A stretch of 64,000 nucleotides of DNA, taken from positions 155,474-219,473 of the forward strand of contig CAMVNO010000003.1 in NCBI GenBank assembly GCA_947168855.1, written 5' to 3'. Shown here in pieces: positions 18,651 through 28,737 of this stretch. Position 1 is the first letter of the stretch. The number at the start of each line of letters is the position of its first letter. The position numbers and the translations under genes were made by a program. This stretch comes from an uncultured Clostridia bacterium (GTDB lineage Bacteria > Bacillota > Clostridia > Christensenellales > CAG-138). Under the pieces are notes generated by a model that searched no databases, was not told where the DNA came from, and was given only the letters and a program-made list of their open reading frames with translations.

Positions 18651-21600
18651 ATGAAGGAAGAACTCAAGGCGGCATACGACGCGGCGCATCTCACGTCCGA
18701 CTGGCTGACGATCAAAAACGTCAGTCTCTCGCGTGAAACGCAGACGCTGACGGTTACCGCGGACCGTATGAAAAATCTGGTCTCGGACGAAGCGATATCC
18801 GCATGGGAGGCGGCGATCCGTTCGCTGCTTTCGGCGTATACCGTCCGGTTTGCGTACCGCGACGTCGAGCCGGAGCGCGTCGTTTCAAAGCCTGCGCCGC
18901 AGAAAAAGAACGAGGTCGATGTGCCGCTGCCCGAGAACGGCATCCTGATGGGCAAGCCGATCCCCGAGGGAGAGGAGCTGCTTCCGGTCTATGCGCTGAA
19001 CGGCGAGGAGGAAACCAAAGCCGCGTTTTCCGGCAGGCTCGTTTCCGTCGAGATCCGCGACGACTGGTCGATGCGTCAGAAGCGGTCGAACTGCCGCGTG
19101 CTGTTCAACGTGACCGACCTCAATGATTCGATCTACTGCACGGCAAGCTTTCCGGAGGAATGGCAGGCGGCGCGGTTCGCACACTGGCTTTCCGAAGCGT
19201 CCAAGAGCGGGAAGGACCTGAAGATCAAGGGCGTTTGCCGGATCGTGAGAAAGACCGGCGATCGCAGCGTTTACGTCGATTCCGTCGGCGTTTTGCCGCG
19301 CGCGCTCCGCAGCGACGACGCGGAGGAAAAGCGCGTTGAGCTGCATCTGCATTCGCGCATGTCCACGATGGACGGCATCACGAACCTCACCGAGGCGTTC
19401 CGCACCGCGAAGCGCTGGGGGCACAAGGCGCTTGCGATCACCGACCACGGCGTCGTGCAGGCGTTCCCCGAAGCGGCAAAGGCGGCAAAAGCGACCGGCG
19501 TCAAGGCGATCTTCGGCGTGGAAGGGTACCTGATCCCGGACTGCGAATCCATTCCGACGGACGGCGATTTTACGGTCTTTGACATCGAGACGACGGGGCT
19601 CAAGGCGGACCGCTGCGACATCATCGAGATCGGCGCGGTGCGGCTGCATGACGGCAGGGTTACGGAGCGGTTCCAGTCGTTCATCGACGACGGCGTTGTG
19701 ATCCCGAACGAGATCACCAAGCTCACCGGCATCACGCAATCCATGCTCGAGGGCGCGCCGTCAACGCGCGAGGTGCTCGAGCGGTTCCGCGCGTTTGCAA
19801 AGGACAGCACGCTCGTCGCGCACAACGCCGGCTTCGACACGGGCTTTATCACACATCACGGCGACCGCTTCGGGATCACGGTCCCGATGCCGTACGCCGA
19901 TACGCTGATGCTGTCGCGCTATCTGCTGCGCGACGAACTCGAGAACCACAAGCTCGATACCGTTTCCGCCTATTTCAACATCGACATGGGCAGCCATCAC
20001 CGCGCGGACGACGACGCAAACACCTGCGCCGAGATCCTGCTGCGGTTTATCGGCATGCTCAGGGAGCGCGGCATCGACCGCATCCCGGTCGTGCCGAGCG
20101 CGCACGAGGCGTACCTCCGCCGCGCGGCGAAGGAGAAGCGGCAGACGAACCATATCATCCTGCTTGCCCGCACACAGAAGGGCATGAAGGACCTGTATAA
20201 GCTCATCAGCTGGTCGCATCTCGATTATCTGCACGGGCGTCCGCAGATCCCGAAATCGCTGCTGATGCTGTATCGGAGCGATCTCGTTGTCGGCTCCGCG
20301 TGCGAGGCGGGCGAGCTGTTCCGCGCGATCCTGAACGGAGAAAGCGAGGGGCAGGTTGAAAAGATCGCTTCGTTCTATGACTATTTCGAGATCCAGCCGA
20401 TCGGCAACAACGCGTTCCTGAAGCGCGAAGGCAGGGTACAGGACGACGAGGGACTCCGGGATCTGAACCGGAGGATCGTCGCGCTCGGCGAACAGATGCA
20501 AAAGCCCGTTGCGGCGACCGGCGACGTGCATTTTCTGGAGCCGACCGACGCGATCTACCGCGCGATCCTGATGAGCAAGCTCGGCTTCGAGGACGCGGAG
20601 CAGCAGGCGCCGCTGTGGTTCCATACGACTGCGGACATGCTCGAAGAGTTTTCCTATCTCGGAGAGACGAAGGCGCACGAGGTCGTTATCGACGTGCCGA
20701 ACCGCATTGCGGACCTGTGCGGCGAACTGAAGCCGTTCCCGGACGGCACGCATTCCCCGACGATCGAGAACGCAGAGGAGGAGCTCAAAAATACGGCGAT
20801 CAACCGCGCGCACGAGATCTACGGCGATCCGCTGCCGCCGATCGTGCAGGCAAGGCTGGATAAGGAGCTCAATTCCATCATTGGCAACCATTACGCGTCG
20901 CTCTATCTCATGGCGCAGCGGCTGGTCAAAAAATCGCTGTCGGACGGCTACCTTGTAGGCTCTCGGGGCTCCGTCGGCTCGTCGGTCGTGGCGATGCTTG
21001 CGGGCATCACGGAGGTCAACGCGCTTGCGCCGCACTACGTCTGCCCGAACTGCAAATTCTCCGACTTTGACATCGACAAGGAAAAATACAGCGTCGGCGC
21101 CGACATGCCGAACCGCGCGTGCCCCGTCTGCGGCACCATGCTCAAAAAGGAAGGCTTTGAGATCCCGTTCGAGGTGTTCCTCGGCTTCAAGGGCGACAAG
21201 GTCCCCGATATCGACCTGAACTTCTCCGGCGAGTATCAGCCGGTCGCGCATAAATACGTGGAGGAGATGTTCGGCAAGGGACACGCGTTCCGCGCGGGCA
21301 CGATCTCCGGCCTTGCGGAGCGAAAGGCGTTCGAGTGCGTCTATTCGTTCGCGGAGGCGACGGGACGCACGTTCTCACCGGCGGAGGTCCAGCGGCTCGA
21401 AAAGGGCTGCGAGGGCGTCAAGGTCACGACCGGACAGCACCCGGGCGGCATCGTCATCGTGCCGCGCGATCACGACGAATACACCGAGGTCTATGACTAC
21501 ACGCCGATCCAGTATCCGGCGGACAAGATCGACAAGGATACGATCACCACGCACTTCGACTTCCACGCCATGGACGACCGCCTTGTCAAGCTCGATATCC

Positions 21601-22661
21601 TCGGACACGACGATCCGACAGCGCTGCACATGCTCGAAGCGCTGACGGGGCTGAACCCGCGCGAGATTCCGCTCGACGATCCGGACACGCGCATGCTGTT
21701 CTCGACGGTGGAACCGCTGCATATCGACCTCACGGACATCGGCTGTTCCCTGGGTACGCTCGGCGTGCCGGAATTCGGCACGGGCTTTGTGCGGCAGGTG
21801 CTTGAGAACACGCGCCCGACGACGTTCGAGGAGCTGATCCGCATCGCGGGGCTGACGCACGGCACGGACGTGTGGCTGAACAACGCCGAACCGCTCGTTA
21901 TGGGCGGCATCGCAAAGCTCTCCGAGGTCCTCTGCACGCGCGACGACATCATGAACTACCTCATCGCGCACAACATGGAGGCGTCGCTGTCGTTCAAGAT
22001 CATGGAACGCGTCCGAAAGGGCAAGGGACTGACCGACGAGATGGAGCAGGCGATGGTCGACGGCGCGATCCCGGCATGGTTCATCGACTCGTGCAAGAAG
22101 ATCAAGTACATGTTCCCGCGCGGACACGCGGTGGCGTATTCGATGTCGTCGTTCCGCATCGCGTACTATAAGGTGCATTATCCGCTGGCATTCTACGCGG
22201 TCTATTTTACCGTGCGCGCCGACACGTTCGACATCACGCGAGCGGCGGGCGGTCCCGAAGCGGTCAGACGGCAGATCGAAGCGATCGAAAAGGACAGCAA
22301 TCCGCAGAAGACCGACAGCGAAAAGAAAAAGGACAAGGAGCTTGTCACGATCCTGGAGCTCGTCTATGAGATGAACGTGCGCGGGATCGAACTGCTGCCG
22401 ATCGACATCTACAAGTCCGACGCGACGAAGTTTTTGATCGAAGGGAACGCGCTCCGTCCGCCGTTCGACGCCATTCCCGGGGTCGGCGCGGGGCAGGCGA
22501 TCGCGATCTGCGAGCGCAGAAAGCCGGGGGTCAGATACCCAACGATCGAGGACTTTGCGAACGAGACCGGCGCGAACACCGGCATCGTCTCCATGCTCGA
22601 GCAATGCGGCGCGTTCGGCGATATGCCGAAGAACAAGCAGATCTCGCTGTTCGATTTCTGA
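18651..22661 (+). CDS. polC: DNA polymerase III, PolC-type
   Basis: 1336 aa with a PHP domain (HLHSRMSTMDG), an inserted DEDD exonuclease (FTVFDIETTGL ... HNAGFDTGF ... HRADDDA), a zinc module (CPNC...CPVCG) and a polymerase core. Confidence 0.95.
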   Translation: MKEELKAAYDAAHLTSDWLTIKNVSLSRETQTLTVTADRMKNLVSDEAISAWEAAIRSLLSAYTVRFAYRDVEPERVVSKPAPQKKNEVDVPLPENGILMGKPIPEGEELLPVYALNGEEETKAAFSGRLVSVEIRDDWSMRQKRSNCRVLFNVTDLNDSIYCTASFPEEWQAARFAHWLSEASKSGKDLKIKGVCRIVRKTGDRSVYVDSVGVLPRALRSDDAEEKRVELHLHSRMSTMDGITNLTEAFRTAKRWGHKALAITDHGVVQAFPEAAKAAKATGVKAIFGVEGYLIPDCESIPTDGDFTVFDIETTGLKADRCDIIEIGAVRLHDGRVTERFQSFIDDGVVIPNEITKLTGITQSMLEGAPSTREVLERFRAFAKDSTLVAHNAGFDTGFITHHGDRFGITVPMPYADTLMLSRYLLRDELENHKLDTVSAYFNIDMGSHHRADDDANTCAEILLRFIGMLRERGIDRIPVVPSAHEAYLRRAAKEKRQTNHIILLARTQKGMKDLYKLISWSHLDYLHGRPQIPKSLLMLYRSDLVVGSACEAGELFRAILNGESEGQVEKIASFYDYFEIQPIGNNAFLKREGRVQDDEGLRDLNRRIVALGEQMQKPVAATGDVHFLEPTDAIYRAILMSKLGFEDAEQQAPLWFHTTADMLEEFSYLGETKAHEVVIDVPNRIADLCGELKPFPDGTHSPTIENAEEELKNTAINRAHEIYGDPLPPIVQARLDKELNSIIGNHYASLYLMAQRLVKKSLSDGYLVGSRGSVGSSVVAMLAGITEVNALAPHYVCPNCKFSDFDIDKEKYSVGADMPNRACPVCGTMLKKEGFEIPFEVFLGFKGDKVPDIDLNFSGEYQPVAHKYVEEMFGKGHAFRAGTISGLAERKAFECVYSFAEATGRTFSPAEVQRLEKGCEGVKVTTGQHPGGIVIVPRDHDEYTEVYDYTPIQYPADKIDKDTITTHFDFHAMDDRLVKLDILGHDDPTALHMLEALTGLNPREIPLDDPDTRMLFSTVEPLHIDLTDIGCSLGTLGVPEFGTGFVRQVLENTRPTTFEELIRIAGLTHGTDVWLNNAEPLVMGGIAKLSEVLCTRDDIMNYLIAHNMEASLSFKIMERVRKGKGLTDEMEQAMVDGAIPAWFIDSCKKIKYMFPRGHAVAYSMSSFRIAYYKVHYPLAFYAVYFTVRADTFDITRAAGGPEAVRRQIEAIEKDSNPQKTDSEKKKDKELVTILELVYEMNVRGIELLPIDIYKSDATKFLIEGNALRPPFDAIPGVGAGQAIAICERRKPGVRYPTIEDFANETGANTGIVSMLEQCGAFGDMPKNKQISLFDF

Positions 22662-22679
22662 CGCCATTCGGCGCAATCA

Positions 22680-22710
22680 AAAAGCAGACACGCGCGTGTC
22701 TGCTTTTTTG
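22680..22710. terminator. Bidirectional rho-independent terminator (polC / dtxR-like)
   Basis: aaaaagcagacacgcgcgtgtctgctttttt is a perfect hairpin flanked by an A-tract and a T-tract. Confidence 0.8.
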
Positions 22711-22720
22711 CGGGAAAATG

Positions 22721-23098
22721 TTACGTATCCGAGCCGTATTTCATCATGTGCGCCTTGATGGCGTTGAATGTCTGATCGCTGATATAGTGCTCGATCCGGC
22801 AGGCGTCGTCCGCCGCGGTTTTCTCGTCCACGCCGAGATTGATCAGAAGGCGGGTCAGAACGGTGTGGCGTTCGTAAATGCTTTTCGCCTTTTCTTCGCC
22901 CGCCGCGGTGAGCGTGATGAGTCCCGCGCTGTCCGTTTCCACAAGTCCGTTCTTCTTCAGAAGCCCGATCGCGCGGCTGACGGAGGGCTTTGAATACGAC
23001 ATCATCTCCGCGACGTCGATCGAACGGACGGATTGCTTCTGCATGGAAAGGATCAGGATCGTTTCAAGATACATTTCGCCGGATTCAAACAGAGACAT
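22721..23098 (-). CDS. DtxR/MntR-family metal-dependent transcriptional repressor
   Basis: 125 aa starting MSLFESGEMYLETILIL, with a wHTH (SIDVAEMMSYSKPSVSRAIGLLKKNGLV) and a dimerisation helix. GAGGAA lies upstream of the chosen ATG. It is divergent from the feo operon. Confidence 0.85.
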   Translation of the reverse strand: MSLFESGEMYLETILILSMQKQSVRSIDVAEMMSYSKPSVSRAIGLLKKNGLVETDSAGLITLTAAGEEKAKSIYERHTVLTRLLINLGVDEKTAADDACRIEHYISDQTFNAIKAHMMKYGSDT

Positions 23099-23194
23099 TT
23101 GCGATTCCTCTTTCTGTGGATTACAGATATTATAGCGAACTCGATCCGATTTTGCAAGCAAACCGTATATTTTCAAAAAAGACGAGGAAGATAC

Positions 23195-23223
23195 TTGACA
23201 TTTCCCCGGAGAACCACTATACT
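23195..23223 (+). promoter_or_regulatory. Candidate sigma-A promoter of the feo operon
   Basis: TTGACA, 17-nt spacer, TATACT, immediately upstream of two palindromic operators. Confidence 0.5.
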
Positions 23224-23232
23224 GTGTGCAAA

Positions 23233-23250
23233 GGTTAGCGGAAGCTAACC
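23233..23250. promoter_or_regulatory. Palindromic operator 1 (DtxR-box-like)
   Basis: GGTTAGC-GGAA-GCTAACC. The half-sites equal the core of the classical DtxR/IdeR box TTAGGTTAGCCTAACCTAA. Confidence 0.55.
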
Positions 23251-23266
23251 GATTGTTTGGGTAAAA

Positions 23267-23284
23267 GGTTAGCTTGTGCTAACC
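23267..23284. promoter_or_regulatory. Palindromic operator 2 (DtxR-box-like)
   Basis: GGTTAGC-TTGT-GCTAACC. It has the same flanks (aaa...gatt) as operator 1, 34 nt downstream. Confidence 0.55.
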
Positions 23285-23337
23285 GATTATCGCTGCTTTC
23301 GGTCGGAAAAGCTGACCCGATCAGAAGGAGGAACGGT

Positions 23338-23550
23338 ATGATGCCTCTGGTATTTGCAGACGACGGCGAGATCAATGTGATCCGTGCCATCAAGGGAACG
23401 GACGAGATCCGTCACCACCTCAGCAACCTGGGATTTGTGGTCGGCGGAACGGTGCAGATCATTTCACGGATGGGCGGCAACGTGATCGTCAACGTCAAGG
23501 AGAGCCGCATTGCCATCGACGAGAAGATGGCGCAGAAAATTATGGTTTAA
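23338..23550 (+). CDS. feoA: FeoA-family protein
   Basis: 70-aa SH3-like FeoA pattern (..IRAIKGTDEIRHHLSNLGFVVGGTVQII..). GGAGGA lies upstream of the ATG at 23338. Confidence 0.85.
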   Translation: MMPLVFADDGEINVIRAIKGTDEIRHHLSNLGFVVGGTVQIISRMGGNVIVNVKESRIAIDEKMAQKIMV

Positions 23551-23560
23551 GGAGGAAGCA

Positions 23561-23785
23561 ATGAAAACGTTAAGAGACGCAAAGATCGGCGAAACGGTCA
23601 AGGTCAAAAAGCTCACGGGCGAAGGCGCGGTCAAACGCCGCATCATGGACATGGGCATCACGAAGGGTATCGAGGTGTATGTCCGTAAGGTTGCGCCTTT
23701 GGGCGATCCGGTCGAGGTCACGGTGCGCGGGTATGAGCTTTCGCTTCGCAAAGCCGACGCGGAAATGATCCTGATTGAAGAATAA
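23561..23785 (+). CDS. feoA: FeoA-family protein (second copy)
   Basis: MKTLRDAKIGETVKVKKLTGEGAVKRRIMDMGITKGIEVYV... is canonical FeoA. Confidence 0.9.
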   Translation: MKTLRDAKIGETVKVKKLTGEGAVKRRIMDMGITKGIEVYVRKVAPLGDPVEVTVRGYELSLRKADAEMILIEE

Positions 23786-23825
23786 CACAAAACGAAAGGC
23801 TGACGCCTGTTTTTTTCAAAGCATA

Positions 23826-23843
23826 GGTTAGCAGCTGCTAACA
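23826..23843. promoter_or_regulatory. Palindromic operator 3 (DtxR-box-like) just upstream of feoB
   Basis: GGTTAGC-AGCT-GCTAACA, 15 nt before the feoB ATG (23858), directly upstream of its RBS GAGGAGG. Confidence 0.5.
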
Positions 23844-23857
23844 ATAGAGGAGGTATT

Positions 23858-26365
23858 ATGAGTATTCGCATTGCCCTCGCGGGCAACCCGAACAGCGGCA
23901 AAACGACCCTGTTCAACGCGCTGACCGGCTCGAACCAGTTCGTGGGCAACTGGCCGGGCGTCACGGTCGAGAAGAAGGAAGGCAAGCTGAAAGGTCACAC
24001 CGACGTGATCATCACCGACCTTCCCGGTATCTATTCGCTGTCGCCCTATACGCTCGAGGAAGTCGTAGCCAGAAACTATCTGATCAACGAACGCCCCGAC
24101 GCGATCCTGAACATCGTGGACGGCTCGAACCTTGAACGCAACCTGTATCTTACCACGCAGCTTGTCGAGCTCGGCATTCCGGTGGTCGTGGCGATCAACA
24201 TGATGGACGTCGTGAAAAAGAACGGCGACAAGATCGACACGAAGCGGCTTTCTGAGCAGATCGGCTGCCGGATCGTTGAGATCTCCGCGCTGAAGGGCAC
24301 GGGCATTCAGGAAGCCGCCGAGGAAGCGATCAAGGCGGCGCAGGGCACCAAGACCGTGCCGCAGCATTCGTTCTCCGGTCCGGTCGAGCACGCGCTCGCG
24401 CACATCGAGGAAGCGGTCGTGCACGGACTGCCCGAAGAGCAGCAGCGCTGGTACGCGATCAAGGTCTTTGAGCGCGACAGCAAGGTCATGGAGCAGCTCG
24501 ACCTTTCGGAAGGGACAAAGACGCATATCGAACAGGATATCGCAGCAGCCGAGAAGGAGCTGGATGACGACGCGGAGAGCATTATCACCAACGAGCGCTA
24601 TGTCTGGATCGGCAACGTTATCAAGACCTGCTATAAGAAGAAGGGCGCGGGCAAGCTGTCGACCTCCGACAAGATCGACCGCATCGTGACCAACCGCTGG
24701 CTGGGACTGCCGATCTTCGCGGTCGTGATGTTCATCGTCTACTGGGTCGCCATGGTCGGCGTCGGCGCGCCAGCAACCGACTGGGCGAACGACGGGCTGT
24801 TCGGCGACGGCTATCACCTTATCGGCATCGGCGACAGGCAGGCGGAGGAGGCGGCGGACGATTATTCCGCAGCGTCCAACGCGCTCGAGGCGTACGGCTT
24901 CGAGTTCGACACCGAGGATGAAGCGTTTGACGGCGACGCGCTGATCGCGGAGCTCAAGGCGTTTTCGACCGACGAGAAGACCGCGGTCGTCGAGGTGCAG
25001 GACGAGGAGAACCTCGCGCTGTCCGACGTGACCGTATACTTTGACGAGGTTCCCGCGGATGCGGACGAGGACGTCAACGCGATGTCCTTCAAGGATGCGA
25101 TCGGGTACTTTGAGGAGAATGGCTTTGACGAGCCCGATCCCGCCGATTACGGCGTATGGGTGCCCGGTATTCCGGCGCTGATCGACAAGCTGCTTCTGGA
25201 CGCCGAGGGCAACCCGAAGGTTCCCGAATGGCTGTACGGGCTCATTATGGACGGCATCGTCGCCGGCGTCGGCGCGGTGCTCGGCTTTGTGCCGCAGATG
25301 TTGGTCCTGTTCCTGATGCTCGCGTTCCTCGAAGCGTGCGGCTACATGGCGCGTATCGCGTTCGTGCTCGACCGTATCTTCCGCCGGTTCGGTCTTTCCG
25401 GCAAGTCCTTTATCCCGATGCTGATCGGCGCAGGCTGCGGCATCCCCGGCATCATGGCGTCGCGTACCATTGAAAACGAGCGCGACCGCCGTATGACGAT
25501 CATGACGACCACGTTCATTCCCTGCGGCGCGAAGCTGCCGTTCATCGCCATGATCGCGGGCGCGATCTTCCACGGCTCGCCCTGGGTCTCCGTTTCCGCG
25601 TACTTCATCGGCGCTGCGGCAATCATCGTCTCCGGCATTATGCTGAAGAAGACGAAGATGTTCGCGGGCGATCCCGCTCCGTTTGTTATGGAGCTGCCTG
25701 CGTACCATTGGCCGACGCTCGGCAACGTGCTCCGTTCGATGTGGGAGCGCGGCTGGTCGTTCATCAAGAAGGCGGGCACGATCATCCTGCTGTCCACGAT
25801 CGTCATCTGGTTCCTGTCCCGCTTCGGCGTCAATCCCGAAACGCACGCGTTCGGCATGCTTTCGGAGGACGCGATCGAGTACTCGATCCTCGGCACCGTC
25901 GGCAGAGCCGTTCAGTGGCTGTTTGCACCGCTCGGCTGGGGTGAATGGCGCGCGGTCGTCGCGTCCGTCACGGGCCTCATCGCAAAGGAGAACATCGTCG
26001 GCACGATGGGCGTTCTCTACGGCGGCAAGGAAGCCTATGCGGCGCTCGGCGCGGCAATGCCCGGCGTGATCGGCTTCTCGTTCCTCGTGTTCAACCTGCT
26101 GTGCGCACCGTGCTTCGCCGCGATCGGCGCGATCCGCCGCGAAATGAACAGCGCAAAGTGGACGTGGTTCGCGATCGGCTATCAGACGGTGTTCGCCTAC
26201 GCGATCTCACTGATGATCTATCAGTTCGGCCGTCTTTTCAGCGGCAGCGTCAGCGTGATCGGTCTGATCGCCGCGATCCTCGTGCTCGGACTGTTCGTCT
26301 ACATGCTGTTCTTCAAGAAGTATAAAGAAGCGACGACGCTGACTCAGAAGGTTCGCGTCAAGTAA
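23858..26365 (+). CDS. feoB: Ferrous iron transporter FeoB (with an extended acidic loop)
   Basis: G-domain motifs GNPNSGKTTLFN, DLPG and NMMD are followed by a polytopic permease. At 835 aa it is longer than typical FeoB. Confidence 0.95.
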   Translation: MSIRIALAGNPNSGKTTLFNALTGSNQFVGNWPGVTVEKKEGKLKGHTDVIITDLPGIYSLSPYTLEEVVARNYLINERPDAILNIVDGSNLERNLYLTTQLVELGIPVVVAINMMDVVKKNGDKIDTKRLSEQIGCRIVEISALKGTGIQEAAEEAIKAAQGTKTVPQHSFSGPVEHALAHIEEAVVHGLPEEQQRWYAIKVFERDSKVMEQLDLSEGTKTHIEQDIAAAEKELDDDAESIITNERYVWIGNVIKTCYKKKGAGKLSTSDKIDRIVTNRWLGLPIFAVVMFIVYWVAMVGVGAPATDWANDGLFGDGYHLIGIGDRQAEEAADDYSAASNALEAYGFEFDTEDEAFDGDALIAELKAFSTDEKTAVVEVQDEENLALSDVTVYFDEVPADADEDVNAMSFKDAIGYFEENGFDEPDPADYGVWVPGIPALIDKLLLDAEGNPKVPEWLYGLIMDGIVAGVGAVLGFVPQMLVLFLMLAFLEACGYMARIAFVLDRIFRRFGLSGKSFIPMLIGAGCGIPGIMASRTIENERDRRMTIMTTTFIPCGAKLPFIAMIAGAIFHGSPWVSVSAYFIGAAAIIVSGIMLKKTKMFAGDPAPFVMELPAYHWPTLGNVLRSMWERGWSFIKKAGTIILLSTIVIWFLSRFGVNPETHAFGMLSEDAIEYSILGTVGRAVQWLFAPLGWGEWRAVVASVTGLIAKENIVGTMGVLYGGKEAYAALGAAMPGVIGFSFLVFNLLCAPCFAAIGAIRREMNSAKWTWFAIGYQTVFAYAISLMIYQFGRLFSGSVSVIGLIAAILVLGLFVYMLFFKKYKEATTLTQKVRVK

Positions 26366-26431
26366 AAGAACCGAAGCCGCCGCTCCGGCGTACGGGGCGG
26401 CGGCAATTTCTGTTGGAAGGAGGAGATTGCT

Positions 26432-26620
26432 GTGCTCGAATGGCTGAAGGACAATCTTCTGACGATCGGCATTCTGCTTGTGCTTGCGGCGGCGGTGATC
26501 GTCGTTGTTTTCTCGCTGATCCGCGATAAGAAGAAGGGGCAAACCTCCTGCGGCGGCGGATGCGCGCATTGTCCGATGGCGGGCAAATGCCATCAGCAGG
26601 CGTCGGCGGCGAAGAAATGA
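26432..26620 (+). CDS. FeoB-associated Cys-rich membrane protein
   Basis: 62 aa with one TM followed by CGGGCAHCPMAGKC, directly after feoB. The start codon is GTG. Confidence 0.7.
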   Translation: MLEWLKDNLLTIGILLVLAAAVIVVVFSLIRDKKKGQTSCGGGCAHCPMAGKCHQQASAAKK

Positions 26621-26710
26621 TCCGGGCTGCCGACTGACGCCGCTGCAGTCCCGATCCGGGAACGCAAAAGATATATTATACAGGACGACGTATTTTATGC
26701 AGTTCGGTCC

Positions 26711-26739
26711 TTGACTTTGCGGGAAAATACGTTTACAAT
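26711..26739 (+). promoter_or_regulatory. Candidate sigma-A promoter of rny
   Basis: TTGACT, 17-nt spacer, TACAAT. This implies a ~170-nt 5' UTR. Confidence 0.5.
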
Positions 26740-26916
26740 ATTATCGAGTAATCCTGCACTGCCAAGTGCGTTCATCATAGTATTGGAAGATAGATTTGCG
26801 GAACGCTTTACCGCACCTTTTCGGTGCGTTGAACTTTTTCGAAAACTTGAATCAGATTATGCGGAATAGCCGGGCAGTTTGCTCGGTTATATTCATATAG
26901 ATTGGAGTAGAATATC

Positions 26917-28464
<1,548 letters not shown>

Positions 28465-28472
28465 AGAATGCG

Positions 28473-28680
28473 GAAGGGTGTTAAGAGCTTCTTAACACCC
28501 TTCGTGATATACTCCTTCGGAGTACGATATTCCTTCGAAACGATATGCTCTGCGGAGCACGGGGATTTAAATCATATCGTGCGGCAACCGCTGCATATCG
28601 TGCAGGCGCAAAGCGATTGCATATCGTGCTTGCGTCAGCAAACATATCGTGCTGTAAAGCATATCGTAAAGTAGAAATAA
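28473..28680 (+). repeat. Mirror-word hairpin array L2 (word ACGATAT / CATATCGTGC)
   Basis: A 14-bp hairpin sits at 28473-28503. Three forward words start at 28504, 28524 and 28540. A central palindrome ggatttaaatc follows. Five reverse words start at 28573, 28594, 28620, 28643 and 28660. Confidence 0.65.
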
Positions 28681-28737
28681 CCTTCCCGAAAACAGCGATC
28701 CGGAACACCGAAGGAGTTTGAATAACAGGAGGATCAA

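Noticed and set aside
18651-22661. polC appears short (1336 aa) compared with many PolC proteins
   Set aside because: All expected modules are present (N-terminal domain, OB, PHP, exonuclease, zinc module, polymerase core). The length difference alone is not evidence of anything unusual without an alignment.
23828-25846. 672-aa minus-strand ORF antisense to feoB
   Set aside because: feoB on the plus strand has unambiguous G-domain and permease motifs. The antisense product is Arg/Asp/His-rich low-complexity sequence.
28504-28668. Possible CRISPR array or iteron set (repeated CATATCGTGC)
   Set aside because: The repeats are only 7-10 nt long with irregular spacers of about 9-19 nt. They occur in both orientations around a centre, and no cas genes are nearby. 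This does not fit CRISPR. Protein-binding iterons cannot be excluded, so the locus is reported as a repeat array instead.
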